From an uncultured Actinomycetota bacterium (GTDB lineage Bacteria; Actinomycetota; Actinomycetes; Actinomycetales; Kineosporiaceae), in the NCBI GenBank assembly GCA_963738495.1, contig CAVTWW010000014.1:296091-360090 (forward strand): 64,000 bases of DNA. Direction: 5' to 3'. Below the pieces are notes generated by a model. That model was not told where the DNA came from, ran no database searches, and saw only the letters and a list, made by a program, of their open reading frames with translations. Both the position numbers and the translations under genes were made by a program. Shown here one piece after another: positions 9,499 through 19,300 of the stretch; positions within the stretch are counted from its first letter, which is position 1, and every line of letters starts with the position of its first letter.

Positions 9499-9825
9499 GT
9501 GGCCGACTACACCGAGTACCTGCCCGACGTGAGGAAGTACCACCCCGAGGCGGACGACGCCGCCGTCAAGGGGATCGTGCGTCACTGCGGGATCGCCCTG
9601 GTCAAGCGCGACTCCTCGCTGGTGTCGGGGTCCGACAAGGCCGAGCTCGACCGGGTGCGCAACGGCTTCCTCAAGAAGAAGCTGGCCCTGACCGCCAGCG
9701 ACGCCGAGCTGGACGCCTCGATCGCCACCGTCATGGAGGCGATGAAGGGCGACCGCGCCAAGTCGCGCGTCACCGTCTACTACCTGCTCGCGAAGCAGCA
9801 CGGCAAGCTCGACCTGTTCCGCTGA
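9499..9825 (+). CDS. DUF2853-family small cytosolic protein
   Basis: GTG at 9499 is preceded by AGGAGG at a 4-nt spacer. The track ORF's upstream GTG at 9472 precedes the SD. Translation: VADYTEYLPDVRKYHPEADDAAVKGIVRHCGIALVKRDSSLV…. Confidence 0.7.
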   Translation: MADYTEYLPDVRKYHPEADDAAVKGIVRHCGIALVKRDSSLVSGSDKAELDRVRNGFLKKKLALTASDAELDASIATVMEAMKGDRAKSRVTVYYLLAKQHGKLDLFR

Positions 9826-9867
9826 GCCGACGGCGGCCCCCACCCGCACTGGCTAAGGTCTTGCCTC

Positions 9868-10770
9868 GTGACTTCACTGAGCGAGGTACCTGCACTGACC
9901 CAGGTGGGCGGCACGCTGCAGACCGTCGGCGTGGTGGGCGGCGGCATCATGGGCTCCGGCATCGCCGAGGTGGCGGCCCGTCACGGTTGCGACGTCGTCG
10001 TCCACGAGGTCGACGAGGCGGCGCTGGAGCGCAGTCGTGCCCGCATCACCGGCTCGCTGCGCCGTGCCGTCGACTCGGGCAAGGTGAGCTCGGCGGACTG
10101 CGACGCCGCACTGGCGCGTCTGAGCTTCAGCGCCGACTTCGCCGCCCTGGCCGGGGCGGACGTCGTGGTCGAGGCGATCATCGAGGACGAGGCCGCCAAG
10201 ACCGGCCTGTTCGGCCGGCTCGGTGAGCTGGTCTCGCCCCAGACCCTGCTGGCCAGCAACACCTCCTCGATCCCCATCATGAAGATCGCGGCCGCCACGC
10301 CCCACCCCGAGCGGGTCGTCGGCGTCCACTTCTTCAACCCGGTGCCGGTGCTGCCGCTGGTCGAGCTGGTGCCCAGCCTGCTCAGCTCGCCCGAGACCAT
10401 CAGTGCTGCCGAGCGGTTCGCCGTCGAGCGGCTGGGCAAGACCACGATCCTGGCCAAGGACCGCGCCGGGTTCGTCGTCAACGCCCTGCTGGTGCCGTAC
10501 CTGCTGGCCGCGATCCGCATGGTCGAGAGCGGTTTCGCCTCGGCCGAGGACATCGACACCGGCATGGTCGCCGGCTGCGCCCACCCGATGGGCCCGCTGC
10601 GCCTGACCGACCTGATCGGCCTGGACACCACGGCCGCCGTGGCGCAGTCGATGTACGCGGAGTTCAAGGAGCCGCTGTACGCGCCGCCGCCGCTGCTGAT
10701 GCGCATGGTCGAGGCCGGCCTGCTCGGTCGCAAGAGCGGCCGCGGCTTCTTCGAGTACTCGCCCAAGTAG
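9868..10770 (+). CDS. 3-hydroxybutyryl-CoA / 3-hydroxyacyl-CoA dehydrogenase
   Basis: Rossmann motif VGVVGGGIMGSGIA with HFFNPVPVLPLVELV and the C-terminal 3HCDH domain. 300 aa. Confidence 0.9.
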   Translation: MTSLSEVPALTQVGGTLQTVGVVGGGIMGSGIAEVAARHGCDVVVHEVDEAALERSRARITGSLRRAVDSGKVSSADCDAALARLSFSADFAALAGADVVVEAIIEDEAAKTGLFGRLGELVSPQTLLASNTSSIPIMKIAAATPHPERVVGVHFFNPVPVLPLVELVPSLLSSPETISAAERFAVERLGKTTILAKDRAGFVVNALLVPYLLAAIRMVESGFASAEDIDTGMVAGCAHPMGPLRLTDLIGLDTTAAVAQSMYAEFKEPLYAPPPLLMRMVEAGLLGRKSGRGFFEYSPK

Positions 10771-10824
10771 CAGCCCGAGCAGCAGCCTCTTCCGTCGGTC
10801 GGGCGCGCTCCGTATCCTGACTCA

Positions 10825-12066
10825 ATGGTCAGTAACGAGCCCCTGCCGCTGCCGGACGGCGCGCTGGACGCCGCCCTGGCACCGTTCGGCCGCTCCACGA
10901 TGCTGCCGCCGCAGGCCTACACCGACCCCGCGGTCTTCGCCTGGGAGCAGCAGCACCTGCTCGGCGGCTGGCAGTGCGTGGCGATGAGCGCCGACCTGCC
11001 CGTACCCGGCGACCAGCGCGCCGTCCGGCTCGGAGCCTCCAGCGTGGTGCTGGCCCGCGGCCAGGACGGCGTCGTCCGCGGCTTCGTCAACGCCTGCCGG
11101 CACCGGGCCCACGAACTGCTGCCCTGCACAAGCGGCCAGGACGGCGACGGGCGACGGAGTGGCTCCCGGGTCGTCAACGCGCGGGCGATCACCTGCCCCT
11201 ACCACGCATGGTCCTACCGGCTGGACGGCGACCTGGTGGCCGCCCCCGGGTACCGCGACATGCCGGGCTTCGACCCCGGGGACCACGCGTTGGTCGGGGT
11301 GCGCGTGCAGGAATGGCACGGCTACCTGTTCGCCGACCCCTCGGGCAGCGCCGTCGAGCTGGGCGAGTGGCTCGGCGACCTCGAGGACCGGGTGGCCGGG
11401 CACGACCTGGGGCGCCTGATGGTGGCCGCCCGGCACGAGTACGTGGTGGCCGCCAACTGGAAGACGATCACCGAGAACTACCACGAGTGCTACCACTGCC
11501 CCTCGATCCACCCCCAGCTGTGCGTGGTCTCACCACCGGACAGCGGCGACAACTGGGAGGGCACCGGCGCCTGGGTCGGCGGCTGGCTCGACCTGGCCGA
11601 CGGCGCCGTCACGATGTCGATGGACGGTCACAGCGACGGCCTGCCGATCCCGGGGCTGCCGCAGTGGGCCGCCACCCGGGTCGACTACCTGGGGGTCTTC
11701 CCCAACCTGCTGATCAGCCTGCACCCGGACTACGTGATGACCCACCGCATGGTGCCGCTGTCGGCGGACTCCACCTGGGTGGAGTGCTCGTGGGCGTTCC
11801 CGCGCGAGGCGATCGCGGCCCCCGGCTTCAGTCCCGACTACGCGGTCGACTTCTGGCACATCACCAACAGCCAGGACTGGGCGGCGTGCGAGTCGGTGCA
11901 GCGCGGGTTGGCCTCGGGGGGCGCCCGGCCCGGCCCGTTGTCGCCGCAGGAGGACGCCGTCTACCAGTTCGTCACCATGCTCGCGCGCGGCTACCGCGGG
12001 CACAGCCCCCACCTCTCGCCCAAGGAGCGTTCGTGGTCCGCACCACGCCCTTCCACGCTCGCCTGA
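10825..12066 (+). CDS. Rieske [2Fe-2S] non-heme-iron oxygenase alpha-subunit-like protein (GbcA/CntA/Stc2-like N-demethylase class)
   Basis: Rieske motif CRHRAHEL…CPYHAWSY and the mononuclear-iron region ANWKTITENYHECYHC. 413 aa. Paralogous to the gene at 39605. Confidence 0.85.
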   Translation: MVSNEPLPLPDGALDAALAPFGRSTMLPPQAYTDPAVFAWEQQHLLGGWQCVAMSADLPVPGDQRAVRLGASSVVLARGQDGVVRGFVNACRHRAHELLPCTSGQDGDGRRSGSRVVNARAITCPYHAWSYRLDGDLVAAPGYRDMPGFDPGDHALVGVRVQEWHGYLFADPSGSAVELGEWLGDLEDRVAGHDLGRLMVAARHEYVVAANWKTITENYHECYHCPSIHPQLCVVSPPDSGDNWEGTGAWVGGWLDLADGAVTMSMDGHSDGLPIPGLPQWAATRVDYLGVFPNLLISLHPDYVMTHRMVPLSADSTWVECSWAFPREAIAAPGFSPDYAVDFWHITNSQDWAACESVQRGLASGGARPGPLSPQEDAVYQFVTMLARGYRGHSPHLSPKERSWSAPRPSTLA

Positions 12067-13253
12067 AGGACTTCGACGAGACCGGGCTCTGGACGCACTG
12101 GCAGGGCCACCTGTCGTCGTTGCGCTACCAGCCGTCGGTGCGGCACGAGTACTTCGCCGTTCGGGCAGCGGTCGGGGTCTTCGACGCCTCGCCGCTGCTG
12201 AAGTACCGGGTGCACGGACCGCAGGCCGTCGAGGCCCTGGCGAGCCTGCTGGCCCGGGACGTCCGCCGGTGCGCGGTCGGGCGGGCCCAGTACACGGTGT
12301 GGTGCGACGACGACGGGCACGTGCTCGAGGACGGCGTGGTCTTCCGTCACGGCCAGGACGACCTGCTGCTCACCGCCGCGCGGCCCAACCTGGGGTGGCT
12401 GCGGGGGCACCTGGCCGGCTACGACGCCGAGGTCGCCGACGTCAGCGACGACTACGGCGTGCTCGCCGTCCAGGGGGTGCGTTCGCGCGAGGTGCTGGCT
12501 GCGTTGAGCCCGGACGTCGCCGCGCTGCGGTACTTCGCCCTGGCACCCACGACGATCGCCGGCGTCGAGGTCGTGGTCTCGCGCACCGGGTACACCGGCG
12601 ACCTGGGCTACGAGCTGCTGGTGCCGGTGGCCGGCGCGCTGACGGTGCTCGACGCCGTGCTGGACCAGGGAGCCGGGCGGGCGATCCGGCCGTTCGGCGA
12701 GGAGGCCCTGATGATGCTGCGCCTGGAGGCGGGGCTGCTGCTGCTGGACGTCGACTTCAGCTCCGCCCGGTTCGCGTGGACCCCGAACCAGCGGTTCACC
12801 CCCACCGAGCTCGGGCTGGGCCGCATGGTCGGCCTGGACGACGACCGGGCCTTCGTCGGCAAGGCCGCGCTGCTGCGGGAGCGGGCGCGCGGATCGGCAC
12901 GGTGGGCCACCGTGGGCCTGCTGGTCGACCCGGCCGAGCATCGCGAGCGCTACCGCGAGGCCGGGCTGCCGCCGTCCTTCGCCGAGGGCGCCCACGCCGG
13001 CGAGTCGATGCTCTACGACGGCGACGGGTACTCGGCGACCGCCGAGCCGATCGGCTACACCACCACCCGCGGCTGGTCGCCCATGCTGCAACGGCACGTC
13101 GCGTTGGCCCGGGTGAGGCCGCAGTACGCCGCGGCCGGCACCCGGCTGCAGCTCGAGACCACGATCGACCACAGCTACCGCAGCATCGGCGCCGACGTGG
13201 CACCGCTGCCGTTGTTCGACCCGCCTCGCCGAACGGAGGCGCCAGTCCCGTGA
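12033..13253 (+). CDS. Glycine-cleavage T-protein (GcvT) family aminomethyltransferase-like, folate-binding
   Basis: GTG at 12033 is preceded by AAGGAG at 5 nt and overlaps the Rieske gene end by 34 nt. The translation (…GVFDASPLLKYRVHGPQAVEAL…VSRTGYTGDLGYELLVP…) is typical of the GcvT/DmdA/DMGO C-terminal fold. Confidence 0.8.
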   Translation: MVRTTPFHARLKDFDETGLWTHWQGHLSSLRYQPSVRHEYFAVRAAVGVFDASPLLKYRVHGPQAVEALASLLARDVRRCAVGRAQYTVWCDDDGHVLEDGVVFRHGQDDLLLTAARPNLGWLRGHLAGYDAEVADVSDDYGVLAVQGVRSREVLAALSPDVAALRYFALAPTTIAGVEVVVSRTGYTGDLGYELLVPVAGALTVLDAVLDQGAGRAIRPFGEEALMMLRLEAGLLLLDVDFSSARFAWTPNQRFTPTELGLGRMVGLDDDRAFVGKAALLRERARGSARWATVGLLVDPAEHRERYREAGLPPSFAEGAHAGESMLYDGDGYSATAEPIGYTTTRGWSPMLQRHVALARVRPQYAAAGTRLQLETTIDHSYRSIGADVAPLPLFDPPRRTEAPVP

Positions 13254-13263
13254 AGAGGAACGC

Positions 13264-14925
13264 ATGACCGAGAACTCCTTCGATGCCATCGTCATCGGCG
13301 GTGGCCACAACGGGCTGGTCAACGCGGCCTACCTGGCCAAGGGCGGGTCGCGCACCGTGGTGCTCGAGCAGCGCCACCTGGTGGGCGGGGCGGCGATCAC
13401 CGAGGAGCTGCACCCCGGCTTCTCGTTCACCACGTTCTCGTACGCCCTCAGCCTGCTGCGACCGCAGGTGGTCGAGGAGCTCGAGCTGCCCAGGCACGGG
13501 TTCCGCCGCTCGAGATGCCCACCTCGTTCGCGCCCACCACCGGCGGCGACCATCTGCTGATGGGCGAGGACCACCGCCGACAACCTGCGCCAGCTCGAGC
13601 GACTGGCCCCCGGGGACGGCGACGGCTACCTGCGCTACCAGCACGACCTGCACCGGGTGGTCGAGCTGGTACGCCCCCTGATGGACCGGGTGCCCCCGAA
13701 CCTGTTCGGCAGCAGCGGTTCTGGCGGCAGCGCTTCCGGCGGTGGAGCAGCCGGCTCGGGTGCGGTGCCGACCGAGCAGGACGGCGTGGACGTCGCGTGG
13801 CTGATGCACCACCTGCGCGGCGCCGACCGCCGGGTGCTGCTCGACCTGGTGCGCCTGGTCACCGGCAGCGCCGCCGACTTCCTCGACCACTACCTCGACG
13901 GTGAGCTGGTCAAGGGCTGGCTGTCCTCGAGCGGCACGATCGGCTCGAGCCTGGGCCCGATGTCGCCGGGGTCGGGCCTGGTGCTGCTGTACCACTGCCT
14001 CGGCGAGCACGACGGCCGCACCGGCAGCTGGTCGTTCCACCAGGGCGGCAACGGCGGGTTCACCCAGGTGCTCGCCCGGGCGGCCGAGGCGCAGGGCGTG
14101 CAGATCCGGCTCGAGTCCCGGGTCGACCACGTGATCCTGGACGGCGACCGCGCCACCGGGGTGGTCCTCATCGACGGCACCGAGCTGCACGCGCCGGTGG
14201 TGGTGTCCTCGCTCGACCCCCGCCAGACGTTCACGAGACTGGTTGCGCCGCAGTCACTGCCGACCGACCTGGTCGACGCGGTGCAGCGCATGCGGTTCAG
14301 CGGGGTCTCGGCCAAGGTGAACTTCGCGCTCGACGGGCCGCCGCACTACCCGGCGCTGGCGGGGCGCAGCGACCAGTTCCGGGGCTTCGTCAACATCGGG
14401 CCGTCGATGGAGTACGTCGAACGCGCCTTCGACGCGAGCAAGTACGGCTGGTACAGCGAGCGACCGTTCATCGACGGCGCCCTGCAGTCGTTCGTCGACC
14501 CGGGCATGGCCCCGCCCGGCAAGCACGTGCTGTCGTGCTTCGTGCAGTACGCGCCGTACCGGTTGCGCGGCGGTGAGAACCGGGGCGGCAACGACTGGGA
14601 CGCCCAACGCGAGCCGTTCGGCGACGTCGTCCAGGCCACCTTGAGCGAGTTCTTCCCCGGCTTCGACGACCTGGTGCTGCACCGCGAGGTGGTCACCCCG
14701 CTCGACATCGAGCGGGTCACCGGGCTGAGCGAGGGCAACATCTTCGGGGGCGAGCTGTTCGCGCCGCAGCTGTACTTCCTGCGCCCCGCGCCCGGCTGGG
14801 CCGGCTACCGGACCCCGATCCGGGGCTACTACCAGTGCGGGTCGGGCACCCATCCCGGCGGCTGCGTCACCGGCGGCCCGGGACGCCTGGCCAGCCAGGT
14901 GATCCTCGCCGACCGCACCACCTGA
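13264..14925 (+). pseudogene. FAD-dependent oxidoreductase, phytoene-desaturase (CrtI) family; disrupted by two frameshifts around 13505 and 13580
   Basis: The N-terminal dinucleotide-binding motif (DAIVIGGGHNGLVNAAYLAKGGSRTVVLE) is in ORF 13264..13560. It continues in another frame (MPTSFAPTTGGDHLLMGEDH, 13515..) and then in ORF 13657..14925 (…YQCGSGTHPGGCVTGGPG). Both shifts are seen as frame changes in the protein sequence. Confidence 0.7.
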
Positions 14926-14953
14926 TCCCGAGCTCCCGACAGGAAGGCCCGAC

Positions 14954-15690
14954 GTGAGCCAGCCCCTCGACCTCACCGACTTCGACGCCGTCAGCTTCGA
15001 CTGCTACGGCACCCTGATCGACTGGGAGGCGGCTCCTCGCCGTCCTGCGCGCCTGGGCCGACCGCCGTGGGCTGACCGTGGACGACGAGGGCCTGCTGAC
15101 CGGCTCTACGGCCACCACGAGCGAACGGTTCGAGGCCGAGCACCCGACCATGCTCTACCCCGACGTGCTGCGCGGCTGCATGCCGGGCTCGGCGAGCGAC
15201 CCGGACGCCGAGGTGTCGTCGTCCGGACGCCGACGCCCTGGCCGCCTCGATCCCGAACTGGCCGGCGTTCCACGACTCCTCGGCCGCGCTGGCCACCCTC
15301 GCCGCAGCGTTACAAGCTGGTGATCCTGTCGAACGTCGACCGCGACCTCGTTCGCGGGCAGCAACGCCCGGCTCGGCCTCACGTTCACCGGATGGTCACC
15401 GCGCAGGACGTCGGGTCCTACAAGCCGTCGGCCCGCAACTTCGAGGCGCTGCTGACGGCGACGACGAGCTGGGGGTGCCCGGGGGCGACTGCTGCACGTG
15501 GCACAGAGCCTGTTCCACGACCACGTGCCGGCAAGGCCGCCGGCCTGCCCACCGTCTGGATCAACCGTCGCGCGGGGCGTGACGGCTGGGGCGCGACCCC
15601 CCGCCGTCGGCGCCGGTCACCCCGGACGCCACCTACCCGAGCATGGCCGCCTTCGCCGCCGCCGTGACGGCGGCCTTCGCGGGCTGAGAA
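14954..15690 (+). pseudogene. HAD-superfamily haloacid-dehalogenase-like hydrolase, with multiple frameshifts
   Basis: The N-terminus MSQPLDLTDFDAVSFDCYGTLIDWEA carries HAD motif I. The downstream conserved segments (MDDEGLLTGSTATTSERFEAEHPTMLYPDVLRG…; …YKLVILSNVDRDL…; …VGSYKP…) are spread over three frames. Confidence 0.6.
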
Positions 15691-15728
15691 CTCCGTGCGG
15701 TGGCTCAGGCTCGAGTGTGGGGGCGCGC

Positions 15729-15800
15729 GTGAAGGCGAGTGTGAAGCGAATCGGGGGTGATCACCCCCACTCGCCTTCACACTCGCCTTCACACTCGGAT
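15729..15800. terminator. Long imperfect hairpin centred on the perfect palindrome GGGGGTGATCACCCCC; candidate bidirectional terminator between convergent genes
   Basis: gtgaaggcgagtgtgaagcgaatcgggggtgatcacccccactcgccttcacactcgccttcacac has arms gaaggcgagtg/cactcgccttc. It is flanked by the HAD gene (+) and the VOC gene (-). Confidence 0.4.
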
Positions 15801-15822
15801 GTCACCCTCGTGCGGGAGTGAC

Positions 15823-16299
15823 TCAGGCGGGGTGGGCGGCGCGGCGGATCGCCTCGATGTCGAGCCGGCTCTGGCCGAGCATCGCCTGACCAGCCCGGAA
15901 AGCCACCCGCGGGTCGCGGTCGCCGAGCAGGTCGAACAGGCCCGGGGGCACGATCTGCCAGGACAGGCCGAACGGGTCCTTGATCCAGCCGCACTGGCTG
16001 GGGGCGCCGCCGCCGTCCTCGATGGCGTGCCAGTACCCGTCGGCCTCGGCCTGGCTGTCGCAGGCCACGAACATCGAGACCGCCTCGGTGAAGGGGAACT
16101 CCGGGCCGCCGTTGAGACCCATCAGGCGCCGGCCGGCGACCTCGAAGGTGGCGGTCATCAGAGTGCCGACCGGGCCCGGCATGCCCTCGCCGTACACCTG
16201 GGACTCGATCACCGTGACGTCGGGAAACACCTTGGTGTAGAACGCGATGGCCTGCTCGAGCCGGCCGTCGAACCACAGGAACGGCGTGATGGTGGGCAT
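15823..16299 (-). CDS. VOC/glyoxalase-superfamily protein (PhnB-like)
   Basis: 158-aa translation MPTITPFLWFDGRLEQAIAFYTKVFPDV… matches the PhnB / 3-demethylubiquinone-9 3-methyltransferase-like VOC family. Confidence 0.8.
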   Translation of the reverse strand: MPTITPFLWFDGRLEQAIAFYTKVFPDVTVIESQVYGEGMPGPVGTLMTATFEVAGRRLMGLNGGPEFPFTEAVSMFVACDSQAEADGYWHAIEDGGGAPSQCGWIKDPFGLSWQIVPPGLFDLLGDRDPRVAFRAGQAMLGQSRLDIEAIRRAAHPA

Positions 16300-16386
16300 A
16301 CGTGACCTTCCGACGGTGAGAGCGCACCACTAGGGTGATCACCTTCAGGATAGGTCGCCGGGTGGTGACCTCTCGGAGGGGGAACC

Positions 16387-19300
16387 ATGGACGACGCTGC
16401 CTCGCGTCGACACCTGACCGATGCCCGCTACTGCCCCTCCTGCGACGCGACCCTGGCGGGACCGGTCTGCGGTCGCTGCGGCATCGACCTGTCCGGTGAG
16501 GCCGGCAAGCAGCTCTGGCGCCTGTCGACCGAGGTCGAGGCACTGCTCGAGCAGCGGGACGGCGTCATCGGAGGGCTGCGGGCCGCGGCCCGCAGTCGTG
16601 GCATGGGCGCTCCCCCCGTCGCTGCGGCGCAGGCCACGTCGCCCTCGATGCCGTCGGCGCTGCCGTTGCCACCGCCGCCGTCCATGGCACCGCGGCCGTC
16701 GCTGCTGGCCCGGATCGGGGTGCAGGGGCTGCTGATCTCGGTCGGCGCCCTCATGGTCGCCGTCGCCGGGATCGTCTTCCTGGTGGTGGCGTGGGACCGG
16801 CTCGGACTGAGCGGGCGGGCCCTGGTGATCGCGGCCCTGACCGGCACCGCCATGGCCGCGGCGGTCCGACTGCGGCCGAGGCTGCCCGAGACCGCCGAAG
16901 GCATCGGCGCGATCGCCGCCGTCCTCGTCCTGGCCGACGCCTGGGCGGTGCGCTCGACCGGCCTGTGGGGCACCGACCGATGGCACTGGTCCGGCTACCT
17001 CGCCGTCGCGGGCGGGCTGTGCACCGTGCTGCTGTACACCTGGGGTCGGCGGTTCGGCGTGCGGGCCGGCACCATCACGGCGGCGGCCGCCGGGCCGGCC
17101 AGCCTGGTGACGGCGGGACTGTGGCTCGGCAGCCACCGCGGCGTCGGCGGCACCTTCGGCGGTGAGCTCGGGCTGTCGGCGGCGGCCGCACTGGGGCTGC
17201 TGCGGCACTGGGCCCCGCCGACCTGGCGCACCGAACGCGCCGTCCTGCTGACGGCGTCGGTCGGCGGCTGGGTCACCGCGGTGCTGAGCACCGCGATCGC
17301 CAGCCCCTACAGTTGGCGGCAGTCGGCCGTGCTCGCGATCGGCGCGATCGGCGCGGCCGCTCAGGCCAGGTTCGCCCAGGCCCGGCAGTTGGGCCCCACC
17401 ACCGGCAGTGCCTCGGTGGACCGCCTGACGACTCCCCGAGCGCTGTGGGCGATGGGGGTGGGGGCATGTGCGGCCGCGGCCGTCTCACCGCTACCGGTGA
17501 CTCGCCTGTCGGGGTCTTACGCCGCCCTCGCCGTCACCTGGTACCCGATGCTCGCCCCGGCCGGTGCGGCGGCGGCGGCCGCGGGCGTCGCCTGGTCGAC
17601 CCGACCCGGGCGTTGGCTGCACCGCACGGCGCACCTGCCGCACCGCCCGGCCACCGCCGTCGCACGACTCACCGCGACGGTCCTCGCACTGCCCGCCGTC
17701 CTCACCGTGACCGGCCTCGTCGGCGGCGCCGTGGCGGCCGGCTTCGACTCCTGGCACGCCACCGCGGGCGAACGGCTCGACCAGGTGATCGACCCGGTCG
17801 CCCTGGAGAACCTCTGGTTCCACGGCGACTCCCGGCTGCTGCCGCTGACCGCAGGCCTGGGCCTGCTGGCCCTCGCCGTCCTGCTCGAGGTCGGGGTGCG
17901 CCTGGGCGCTGCGGTCCCTTCCGGCGCAGACCATTTCGGCGCGGACCACGGTGCCGCTGCCGGCTCCGACAGTCCCGCCGGCTTGCCCGTCGACGGCCGG
18001 TCGCGGTGGTCGGCGGCGGCGGTGCTCGCGGCCGGCGCCGGAACCCTGGCGTTGGCCCTGCAGCCCCGGTGGCCGCTGTGGACGGCGGTGGTGGCACTGC
18101 TGCTGGTCGCCGTGGGGTTCGGGCTTGCTGCCGCGCTCCCCGTCGGGGGTCGAGGGCTCGACGACTGGCATCGGCGCGCTGCCCTCACCGTCGCCGCGAT
18201 CGCCGGAACCGTGGCCGTGCTGCTGTCCTGGTCGGCGAGTGCCGTGTCGGCGCCCACGACCCTGGTCGGGGTGGTCGCCCTGCTCGCCGCCCGACGAGCC
18301 GCTCCCGCCGCCGTCCGGCCGGTGATGGTGGGTCTCGCCGTCCTGGCGACGGTCGCGGTCGCGGGTGCCGTGCCTGACTACTGGGCGGTGGGCGATGCGC
18401 TCCGCTTCCGCACGGCGCCGCAGCTGGCCGCCCAGTTCCGCACGGCGTCGGTGGTCGCCAGCCTGCTCACCGCGCTGTTCGCGGCAGTTCCGATCGCCAG
18501 GACGGCGGGCGGGGCAGCCGCGAGCACGCCCGGCCGGATCTCGGCCGGCTGGACCTCGGCCGGCGGGATCTCGCCCATTCGGGCCGCCGCCTGGCTCGGG
18601 TCTCGTGCCGAGCGGCTGGGCGGGACGGCGACGGGCTGGGTGGCGGCCTGCCTCACCGCCCTGATGGGAGCGGGCTGGGGCAGCGGCCCCGGTGCCTTCA
18701 GCAACCACAGGCCCTTCCAGGACTCGTCGCGGGGCCTGGATGTCGGCGACGTCGTCGTCATCGTGGCGCTGCTGGCTGCGACCCTGGTCGCCACCCGGGC
18801 ACGGCCGGATCGGGCGCCTACCGGGCGGTGGGTGCCGATGGCTGCCGCGGCGCTGGTGCCCTCGGTCGCGGTCGCGCTCTCGGTGGCAGTGGCGCAGACC
18901 CTGATGCAGCGCCGCACCGGCGGGGTCAGCGACGCGGCGATGGGCGAAGCCTCCCTCCTGGCGGCGGCCGGCGCCCTGGCTCTGCTGGGGCTGGCGGTCG
19001 GCCTGCTCGGCGTCCGCGGCTGGCGTGACGGCAGGCGGCTCCCCGCCGAGGTGGGGCTCGCGGTACCTCTCGGAGTGCTGTCGCTGACCGTCCTGCTCAG
19101 GTGGGACAGCCACCCCACGAACTGGGTCGCCCTGCTGCTGCTGGGCGTCGCGGCGACGGCAGTGTCGATCCCCGCCGACCGTCACCGGGTGGCGTGGGCG
19201 GGCTGGGTGTTGCTGTCGGCGTCCAGCGCGGTTCGACTGCTGCGCTCCGACGTGAGCCTGGTCGAGGCCTACACCCTGCCCCCGGCCCTGGCGCTGCTGG

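Noticed and set aside
6102-10226. Long plus-strand ORFs (6102..7250, 7431..10226 with 931 aa, 8110..8748) opposite the helicase gene
   Set aside because: They are antisense shadows of the 5637..9359 helicase CDS. There are no recognisable motifs and the composition is extremely Arg/Gly/Pro.
17491-19185. 564-aa minus-strand ORF inside the SCO7613-like gene
   Set aside because: It is antisense to a gene with a strong SD and coherent TM-helix periodicity. The translation is Gly/Arg/Pro junk.
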